A stretch of 64,000 nucleotides of DNA, taken from positions 5,010,206 through 5,074,205 of the forward strand of contig CM082587.2 of the NCBI GenBank assembly GCA_040954595.2, given 5' to 3'. Below, piece by piece: positions 54,801-64,000 of this stretch (the stretch's first letter is position 1; each line of letters starts with the position of its first letter). The position numbers were made by a program, and so were the translations under genes. Below the pieces are notes generated by a model. The model was not told the origin of the DNA, made no database searches, and was given only the letters and a program-made list of their open reading frames with translations. Origin of the DNA: Balanoglossus misakiensis (taxonomy: Eukaryota; Animalia; Hemichordata).

Positions 54801-56123
54801 TCTAAACCCGTTTCTTTTTATAATATGAAGAATAATGAAACATTTCCTCGTATGCCCTAAGCATATATATCAATGTGGAATTAAAATAAACACTCAAAGC
54901 AGTAGGCATATGAAATGTATAACAATAATTGTGACCAGGTGACCAACTGAAAAATACAATAGTTTACCAGAAGCTACACGCTACAAATAACGGTACGCGG
55001 GGCGGTGGGTCTTATAATGCCAGCGTTACAGTCTGCAAGGAAGTCACGTATTACCTCGCAATAGTGTCCCGACGAGTCCGAGTAGCGGAACCGTTGATGA
55101 AACGTCCAGCTCGGGGACCAGTTCACACGCGGGGTGGCGTAAACGCACGGTCAACGACGACGGCACTTTCCAGTTCCCGAAAGTCTAGACTAGTCCCGCA
55201 CAGAATACACGCATGTCGCATACGAAGCTCCTAATTCGAGGGCGTTCACCTCGAGGCGGTGTACTCACAGAAACTCCAATACTCCGAGAACAGTATTTTC
55301 GGGAGAGTCTAGCAGAACGTAACATCCCTCGGACTGTAACCGGAGTCCTAGCGGATGTCGACGGAACCACACATAGGTAGCACACGCGAGGTCGCGTATA
55401 AACTTTATCGACGTGAGAGACCGACATGGCGCAGTGCAAGTAACAGCAAGGCAACGTGGCATTGTACGTGCCTTTGATACCAACAAAAATACATAATTCA
55501 TGAACACCTGGTCAGTCGGTGGGTTAAAACAAAAGAAACGCGGTTCACCTGGTCACTGAACCATTGAAAACAGACATCATAGCAATGTTTGAAATATAAT
55601 CATTATGATATACAAATGTATCATTGTATTTCTTACTAAGGACAGAGTCTGACAGTTGAATTCATTTATTCTTTGGACTGACCTGTCAACACGCTCGCCG
55701 TTTTCGAGTGACAGGAACTCGGCCAAGGCATGTAGGAAATCTGGATGGCCCTGGGAGCATCCATACTGCATGAGATTTCCATCGCTACCACACTCGTAAC
55801 TCTACAAAGAAGAAACAATAATTTATAAACTTTTTTACCCGATCCTACAAATGTGTCGTTACGCCCTTGCGCAAGGCTGAAAATATCTCAGTGCCGAATG
55901 TGTACAATATTCCCATATGTTTTGTTTTTCTTCAGCAATCAGATCAACTCACCAGTCGCTCCTTCGTTGCTGTTTTCATGATTTCCGCCGCCCTTTTCAG
56001 TTCCGGGATTCCCGGCGCGCCAACATCGAATGCTGTAATAGTCTCGTCTCCCAAACATCCTAGTTCGTCATAGTAATTAGCAAAATACCTGTGTCTGCTC
56101 TTGCCATGGTTGTTCTCCATCAT
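51880..56123 (-). CDS. Class I/II PLP-dependent aminotransferase (2-aminoadipate transaminase/YER152C-like, ~434 aa)
   Basis: Exons 56123-55953, 55801-55683, 54750-54599, 54432-54271, 54095-53822, 53539-53425, 52987-52916, 52591-52488, 52015-51880; 1305 nt in frame. Motifs QYG, FQNPTG, IIADEVY, GSFSKIFAPSTRIGW (PLP lysine), PKGGYHVW, NCLRL. Confidence 0.93.
54931..55556. other. Intronic GC/CpG-rich block bounded by 12-bp inverted repeats (unclassified element)
   Basis: GTGACCAGGTGA at 54931-54942 and TCACCTGGTCAC at 55545-55556. The core (~54990-55472) is compositionally distinct from the AT-rich intron. Confidence 0.45.
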
Positions 56124-56470
56124 CAGTCACGTGTGGTTGTTAGTTAACTTTCTAAAACTGAATGAAAGGTACGGTGGCCTATTAACACTCGAATATTTCA
56201 GAAATAGACTGATATTAGCCGACGAAAAATACAGTTCGATTAATGCCTAAGAGCGGGTCTGGTGATGAGTTTTTTGCCAATGTGTACTAACCGGTTGAAG
56301 CTCTCCAGAGGTGTGTAATTATGGGCAATTTTCCCAGCTAACACATAGGGTATCCGGACATGTTGAATCGTGTACAAACGGTTAAACAGAATACGCTAAA
56401 ATTACAACCAACGCAGATTATTTTTGTCAATTTTGCAACATCTCCACCAGTGACCACGATATTGTGTTAA

Positions 56471-56954
56471 GGTACGGCGTCTCGATGATTTTCGTTTGTT
56501 TACGCAGGGTTCTGAGCAGAGTGTTAAAAGTTAAATTTCATTTTTCAAAACAAAGTTGTAGTTAAGAGCTATATAACGGTCATTTTTGTACTTACGGTTC
56601 ACCAATTGAAATTGAGACTGGAATTTGCAATAATCGCGGTTGCTATAGCAACCAAACTTGCCAATTTGCATTTTTTGTGTTTAATTAAACAGTGGAAACG
56701 ATATACGATCATCATACTTTACAATTATTGCTATAAATAAAATATTCATTAAGTTTAGATTTTAAATGGTAAAAAATATGACGACACACTCAAAATATTG
56801 TTCTTCGTGAAGCCGTTTTACAATACGATAACTGGCAGAGCTTAGAGAGGTGATTGATAGAGAGCACTTTTCAAAAACATCTACCTAGCTGACCTTTTTG
56901 AAGGTAGGACAAATTAAGTCATATCGCAGGACCCGGTTTCCCAGGCACAGCTTC
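56471..56954. mobile_element. Possible TTAA-flanked non-autonomous DNA element (Kolobok-like)
   Basis: TTAA at 56467-56470 followed by GGTAC..., and ...CAGCTTC followed by TTAA at 56955-56958. Contains the perfect palindrome GGTTGCTATAGCAACC (56638-56653). TIR match is weak. Confidence 0.35.
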
Positions 56955-56980
56955 TTAAGCTTGTTTTCTTCTACTAGCTT

Positions 56981-57228
56981 GACAGAAAAAAACACTTGCC
57001 AATTAATTATGGTGTATAATTACTTTGATGACACTGTCGTGATGAAAACGTAAATAAACGAGAAAGTATGCGATTAGTTTTAATTAAATGAAATGTGTAT
57101 TGCCAAGAAATGCAAGAACCCGGGTTCTCATGCAATATACTAATATTTCTCCTGGCTCGACAAAAACAACTTGTCAATTCGTTATGGTGTTTAATTACTT
57201 TGATGAACCCAGTTGTGATGAAAACGAT
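56981..57228 (+). repeat. Imperfect ~70-bp direct repeat, two copies ~175 bp apart
   Basis: ACTTG.CAATT..TTATGGTGT.TAATTACTTTGATGA....GT.GTGATGAAAACG at ~56981-57050 and ~57159-57226. Confidence 0.7.
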
Positions 57229-57490
57229 GATGTACGATGATACATGATGAAAGGTGATGAAAACGATACTTAAGTTTAAATTACATGTCATGAACGCCAG
57301 TGAATAATTGCGTGGCCCATATTAACACTTTGTTATAATAATTTACACGCTTTTCAAAACGAGAGTTGGTAGTAGATTAGAAGCAGTGAAAAGATCGAAC
57401 CCATTGCACACCCATATCAGTCTCTGCAGCGTATCACAATTACAAATCATATATAGCATCACTGTCGTCCAAGTGTTTGTGGGGTCAAAC

Positions 57491-58622
57491 ATGATTGTCA
57501 CGAAGGTGAGTAAAAAGACTTTCCATTATTTGTTTCTGGCTCTGTGTAATAAATCTAGCTATGATTATCACTACAATTACAATTTTACTAATATTCAGTA
57601 TTAACTCAGCGGGTTCATTTCAGATTCACTTATGGATCTGTTTGCTGTCCTTTGGAATACACGTTAATGGTGAGTTCAGTATCACTGTATTCTTCATCAG
57701 CAATTTCTAGGGGGAAATACAGTTTTCATTAAATCTGTTTGAAAATGTTTCACTCTCTTTTCCGACAGGACTTATCACCTGTATTTACAATAAGATATAT
57801 TGATATGTTGAGCCTAGCAATGTCTTATTAATTTTTTTTATCTATATACTGAACGTGTAGCTTGTCAGGATGGCCATTATTTATTCGAAACATGGTCACG
57901 GTGTTACAGTATACAACCGGAAATGGTGAACTTCACACTTGCTCGTGAGCGTTGTGAGGGGATGGGGTTTAGGCTCGTGAGTCTGTCGTCACCGGAAGAA
58001 GCGGATTTTCTAGCCGACCTGCTGATGACGAATGTTTCACTTCCGGCCGAAGAATACTGGATTGGTGCATACAAGACACCTGGATCAGACGTGGAATGGA
58101 CGTGGGTAAACCGGGAACAGTGGCCGAGTTTGGGGATATGGTACACGCCAAATAGCTTGCTCAGCGCGTATGATTGTGGCACCTTGAGGCGTTCCATGGC
58201 CTACAAGGCTGCCTCGAACCACTGTGATACACCAAACCCGTACATTTGCGAGTACTATAACGGTAGGCTTTTGATATTCTGGCTTCAGAGTAGTTTAGAT
58301 GCACAAAGCACATTCGTGATTATTTAACTGTTACAAGTCGAAAAGTCAACTTTTGATGAGTTTGTTGAAAACGTTTGAGCCAATCGACATATCAATTGTA
58401 TGAAAGAGCAAATATGTTCCTATTGGATGGGCATATGTTCACAAAGATGGTATTACGTCTGACTGCCTGAAAACACTGTACCTTGATTTTCCGGGAAGCA
58501 AACTACATTCAAAACAGTGCGGGTTACACTTTTCTGTCCGTATGGTATGAGATACCCTACCCCTTTTTAAAATTGACGACTTCAATGACTTGATGAATCT
58601 TGGTGTAAGGAATTCCTTTCTG

Positions 58623-58659
<37 letters not shown>

Positions 58660-61600
58660 AGGTCGTGCTTGTGAAAGCGAAAATCAGATTCTTTCCTTGG
58701 AGTGCGTTAATAACAAAGTACTAATACTCTTGTCAGCGGAGTATGGCCGTACGCACCGCCGAACGCAGATTAGCACCTGCCCTCCATACAACGGCTCTTC
58801 CTGCGCCATCAGCCCTCTGGGAATTCTGTCTGAGAAATGTGACGGTAGCCAAACGTGCCATAACCGTGTCAGGACCTCTGGCTTTGGTGGTGATGATCCA
58901 TGCCCGATGATGATGAAATATCTGGATGTCACTTATAACTGCGTGATTTACTGGGAAGCGCCAGCAGGTTATTAAAGGGACAAAGTCTCTCTTTCGCTGC
59001 CCCTTTTCGATTAATTATCTTTGATACAAGACACTGTTTATGTTATTCTACATGTGGATATATAGTCAATCAGTGTTTGACCACACACAATTTCCATCCC
59101 GTTTGTAGGATATGAGAGTCAAAATCTCGCCAAAATGAAACAAATAACCTACGATAATATCATTCCAGTTACGATAATATATTAAAGTTTTGTATACAAT
59201 TATTACATTTGTACCCGTGTTATTCAGTTCTAATACTATTTATTGATTCAACCAGGTGTTGGGCCTACTGTATATGGTCCAGCAAATGTGACATCTGCCA
59301 GTACTGAAGAAGGCGTTACATTAAATGATATCAGCGCAGAATACTGCATTGTACATCCGAACACGGGTAAATATTGTCCACTATTTTGTCCGTTCATGAT
59401 TGTTTGCTGTGCTGCGATATTTGTAGCAAATCTATTTCGAAATGTTCAGTACACAGTTCTTTCTCTTAAACACACAGGAGTTGTGCTTGCTGACAAATTC
59501 AGTGTAGAATGTCACGGATGGACAGAACGGACTTGTTGCGAACACAGCGACACCGATGAACTGGTATACGAGTTGAGAACCCACAACGATAACTCATCAG
59601 ACGTGGACGATCTGATTTACAGAGGCGAGAACAGCACTTTTCCGCCGATCTTGTTGCCGAGTGGCAAGCCCGAGAACAACTACGTCATCCACCTTGCGGT
59701 CCACGTCACTGATGCCTGTGGTCAAACCAGAATGTTTGATGTGAACGCAACGGTAAATACTCATATAATCTACGGTTTGCATATCGATATCTTTCAATAC
59801 ATGCTATATGTACTATTAACTTGCTTCCTATTTTCGCTGCAAGGTGTATGAGATTGACTCGCTCGAGTCAGACATGACATCCATAAATCGCATCTTGAAT
59901 GAAGTTCGAAATACGGACGACACAAGACAAGCTCTGAACGCCCTGAATGTGGTCGCCCTAATGACGAGATCAACCCCTCAGGTGGGCTAAGTTTTCATTA
60001 CTTTGAAACATTCAGTTCAAATATGTTAATTTTGACTGTAATACACGCATTGGTCTAATTCATGCAGAGGCAGGAACATGTGCAACCACTTGAAAGACAC
60101 GTGACCAAAAAAACACGGTTCTAATGTACTACTGACTCAGCACGTGCAGTTAGATTTACCGACGTAGCGAATTAGAGTGGTGTATTCTTTATTCCAGACA
60201 AAGACGGCAATCATTGAAGCAATGTTGAACTTGGGTCCACATGGACATCAGACACTTGACGTGTTGGAACTGACATCTCAGATACTCAGAACTGTTATGA
60301 CAAGCTTCAGTCCGATTGATCAGACTCTCGAAACAAAGGTAGAGCTCTATATATATACATGGTGAAACATCCAACACATCAAGGCCAACCAAGAATGCAA
60401 AGCCCCATCCTTCAATTTTTACCTAGCTATGTTTTCATGATTTTTCATATCCGTTCTTATGCGTGTGTTGATATACCAAAATATCGAAGCAAACACTTTA
60501 TCTATTGGCTTTTGGACACTTTCAGATTGCAGCCCTTTCTGTCAGTAACAACACTGCCACGTCGTCGCTGTCGTTGATAAGAAATGAAGAGACTGTTATT
60601 GATGCCGCGTCCATTCGGAACGTTATGAGAAGTATGTTGTTTCTTCCCTCTACTGTCTATGGTTATTTACATCTGCCCTTGGCAGCATTAATCCGGGTCT
60701 CTCACAGCTATATATAGGCTACCACTTACTGTAGTGTTGACCGTATTTGACGATAATTAATGTGATAAGTAATGATTGCAACACAAAGGAAGACAACAGA
60801 AGGCTGCAAAGTTCAACACTGCGCAGCACAGTTGAAGGTTCTTCAGCGATATCACAAAGAATCACATTCGCGGGTTGCTTACTTCATTCACAGATATCCT
60901 CTCCTCGTCGTCAGTAATCTCTGGTTCAATGATCGACGACGACACGCAACACTCAAAAGGAGCAGATACAACTCCAGTGAGTATTACAGGGTTGACCTAA
61001 TTTTAACAGTACAGTGGACTAAAACACAAACGTGATGGGTGATGCATGAATGATAACTTTATCATCCCCACGCAATGACAGGCAGTTACTGTCGTTCACA
61101 CAGGGGCAGATGGTGTTGGTCAGCTTGGCGAAGGTCGTAGATGTTGCTCTCGACGCCGTCCTGTTAACACTTGCGTCTGAAGACGAGGGATCATTCCGAC
61201 TTGACACTGAGAACATGGCGGTAATAGTCGAGAAGAGAAATGTTTCTGGCATCCAAGGCAAACACCTGACTTCGAAGTTCGGAGGTTTCACGTTACCAGA
61301 CACGCCACAAACCAGCGGAACGCACGATGAAGTGCGACTGGTCAAGGTAAAAATACGTGTAAAGAAGACGTAGACACAATCAGATGGCAGTTATGCATTT
61401 CAGTAAATCTAAAGTTCTCAGTATTCCCCTTCATTGTTCTTTTCTGTCCTTTTCATATTTCAGTTCCTTGCGACAAACGTCAACGTACACATGTACGACT
61501 CCCCTCCCGAATTAACGAGATCTCCGGTCGTCTCCTTGGAAATCACCGATCAGGAAGGCGCGCCCACTCCACTCGAAGGAACGTACACCATAGTTATCAC

Positions 61601-62564
61601 CAAGGCCAATGTCATCGCCGCGAAGAAAGCCCCATCCGCCACTGGAACTAGACTTGAGATCTCAGAAGCGTCCCCCGCTGAGTTCATGTTCAACATCACG
61701 CATCCTGGCAGTATGGTCTCCATGACGCTGCAGTCTGACGTTGACGAGTCGTCAGTTATGTATGGAGTGTACATTCAGGCAGATTCTATGGCAAATGAAA
61801 GCAGCCACGACAGCGGCTGGAAGGTTCCCGGACGTCCTGCCCAGACTATGGTACACAATGCGACACGTACTGCCACCTACTATGTCCTTATCACCACCGG
61901 TAAATAATATCAATAGCTTTGCAGATATCAATACGTATTCAGCAAAAAGGACTCGAGTAAAATCCACCTAGGGCAGTGTATTCACTAACATCTTTGTTCT
62001 AATATTAACTTATCGTAACGCGCAAAAACAAACAAAATCAATAATTTCTGAAATGACTGTCAGTATTCCAATAAAATGACCCTATGTTAGAATACCCCTT
62101 TTTTAAATTATGGTTGTTACTTTCGATTGTAGAGCATCAAAGCAACGCTTCTGATAGCCATGGTGTATGGATCTCGATTTCTATAAACATCTGTCGTTTT
62201 TGGAGTGAGCAGAGAGGAGCTTGGGACTCCGAAGGATGTTGGGTAATAGACTCCATAAACCATTCGTTTTTTCCCCCCGGACAATATGTCAAAGCAATGA
62301 ATACGCGCAAATGTGAACGACCGCGCAACCAGTGTTGCAGACTATCCGAATCAACAATGCTAAAACAGAACATTAGTTTGTCTGTGGTTTGACAGTGAGT
62401 TCAAAGGTAGAACTAGTAACTATGCATACTTTGTGGGGATTTTGTGTTACAAATAACAAAATGCATTCTTTTCTTTGCAGCCTGAGAAATCAACCGACGC
62501 AGAAAAGTTGACATGCAAGTGTAATTACTTGCCATCACTCAAGCAAACTGGACAATCGACATGA
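57491..62564 (+). CDS. PKD1L2/REJ-like protein: signal peptide, C-type lectin, SUEL/Gal-lectin, partial REJ, GAIN/GPS; no PLAT or TM seen (~835 aa)
   Basis: Exons 57491-57505, 57624-57669, (optional 57769-57780), 57861-58262, 58662-58967, 59256-59366, 59478-59752, 59844-59981, 60198-60338, 60526-60631, 60894-60976, 61104-61346, 61464-61899, 62133-62242, 62481-62564; in frame. CTL (YWIGA, PYICE); SUEL (ACE..LSLEC..AEYGRT..DPCPMMMKYLDVTYNC); REJ-like LLPSGKPENNYVIHLAVHVTD; GPS CRFWSE..WDSEGC..TCKCNYL. AATAAA at 62665. Confidence 0.82.
58620..58659 (+). repeat. (TTTC)n microsatellite serving as the polypyrimidine tract of the SUEL exon
   Basis: About 8 TTTC units immediately before the AG acceptor at 58660-58661. 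Confidence 0.85.
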
Positions 62565-63931
62565 AAAGATTTGACATAAATGTCACTCCTTGTAAACATT
62601 GCGCCCTCTCGAGTTAGTAGACTATTGTTCATGCGTGGTGTAGGTACTATACTATACCACTCAGAATAAATTACATGTAAATGTGTCAGAAGCGCGCAAC
62701 TAATTAATTTTGGGTGTAAGTATTATCATGATGTTACAGAGCATACAATTCACATTAGTATAATGACGATTCACATACTGTGATAGTGATGATATAAACA
62801 AGATTACTGTTTTAACAAATTTTACTGCAGAAACGAAACGAATGAAATGACATAGACCTATCGAACCCTTGATTTGAACTTTGATCATCTTGTTTCTTAC
62901 AAGGTTACAGTCAGTTAACGGTTAGGGCTAAGTAAAATTATTAAAAGAAAATGTATATCTTTTTACGCGCCAAAGTCATGCCATCGTTTGACTTGTGATT
63001 GTTGTACATTGTACATTTATTTCAATAAGTGACTTGTACTGTATTTTCTTCAGTTCATATGAAGAAGAATTATCTAGGCGATAATAAAACAGCGCCACCT
63101 TTCCTCTAAACACGTGTTTGTCTCGTTTTTTCGTCGCTGTTCAATAATTTACACCAGCCTCAAACAAGCATCGTTTATATGTATCCAATTCCAAATTTCA
63201 TGTGTGCCGCTGGCATCAGACTTAATCCACATGCCTAGTTTATAATTTCATACATGCGCATGGCTTATTTCATTCGGGTTTCTTTCCGTTAGGGGCGCTC
63301 AGCGAATAAGAGAAACCACAGGGATCGTTCAGGAAAATTTATATTCGCTTGCCTTTTCAATGCTAATGTATCGAGTGTCCTGTTTTAACAAAATGACGAG
63401 TCACATCTTATAATGCAAATCAAATATTTTACATGCTACATATAGGACGAAGCCTACGCACTCATACAGACTACAGACTACATATACTGTTTATCAATAG
63501 TCACAAGCTTATGATATGGCAAAGAACCCTATTCTTGTACACTACTATATAGGGTAATAACTGAAGGCACATGTACAGACGTGACAGGGAAAAATGTACC
63601 GGGTAATTAATATGACGTTTCCAAACGGTATCATCCGAAATCACTTCAAATGATTAGTTGCAATGTCATTACACGGTTCCGAATTGAGTTTCTCCGCTAT
63701 TTTCAGCACGAGTGGAGAAACCCTCGCCCGGTCATGATTTCTGCTCCCGCGGGATCTGCAGATTTGGAAATTGGATTTCGTTTCCTATTAGAAAAACGAA
63801 ACATTTTGCTCTTACGCGTAATGCAATTACGTTAGAGATGATACGGTCAATGAAACAAGACATCGACGACATGGCATCACGCACGCGCAGAGGAGAACTT
63901 CCGCAAATTGATTTTGCATGGCTGAATTTGA

Positions 63932-64000
63932 TTAAACCACGCCGATATTGACGATGTACTCAGTCATCTTTGTTTTAATTTCCAATTCATCGCCGTCGCA
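63932..64000 (-). CDS. Possible C-terminal end of a gene entering from the right edge
   Basis: Minus frame reads CDGDELEIKTKMTEYIVNIGVV-stop with coding-like composition; too short to identify. Confidence 0.25.
   Translation of the reverse strand, partial: CDGDELEIKTKMTEYIVNIGVV

Noticed and set aside
55066-55118. Hammerhead ribozyme resemblance (CCGACGAGTCCG...CGGA)
   Set aside because: The core is CCGACGA instead of CTGANGA, and no GAAA follows stem II.
54965-55297. ~110-codon open frame when the GC-rich block is read as complement without reversal
   Set aside because: Not a biological reading direction; the peptide looks random and the length is attainable by chance at this GC content.
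55515-55540. Telomerase-RNA-like template context on the minus strand (TTTTGTTTTAACCCACC)
   Set aside because: Only one TAACCC with no alignment repeat, and no clear CR4/5 or H/ACA boxes.
57632-57667. ATG at 57632 as the start of the PKD1L-like gene
   Set aside because: That frame stops after 11 codons; the spliced frame from ATG 57491 gives a proper signal peptide.
1-64000. CRISPR arrays, rRNA, intact tRNA genes or prokaryotic operons
   Set aside because: None seen; the window is spliced eukaryotic sequence with no repeat-spacer periodicity.

Overview
AT-rich, intron-rich eukaryotic DNA from an animal, probably a marine invertebrate (inferred from the gene set). Most entries in the ORF track are spurious, so I rebuilt the genes by hand from GT-AG splice sites; all eight complete models keep frame from start to stop. 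Gene order: 5' exon of an arylsulfatase (-); a 16-exon YWTD/EGF/Sushi single-pass receptor with a tyrosine-motif tail (+); NOS1AP/CAPON (-, with a ~19 kb intron 2); FBXL6 (+, head-to-head with NOS1AP); CFAP77 (+); two tandem ependymin-related genes (+); a class I/II PLP aminotransferase (-); and a PKD1L2/REJ-like gene (+) that stops just after its GPS motif. A possible 3' end of another gene sits at the right edge. Non-coding features include a perfect 154-bp-TIR element with a 9-bp TSD (AcademH-like), tiny P-like palindromic insertions with 7-bp TSDs, about 30 copies of TACATGTA, and an anomalous GC-rich ~0.5 kb block bounded by inverted repeats inside an aminotransferase intron. No database searches were run; family names come from recognised motifs.
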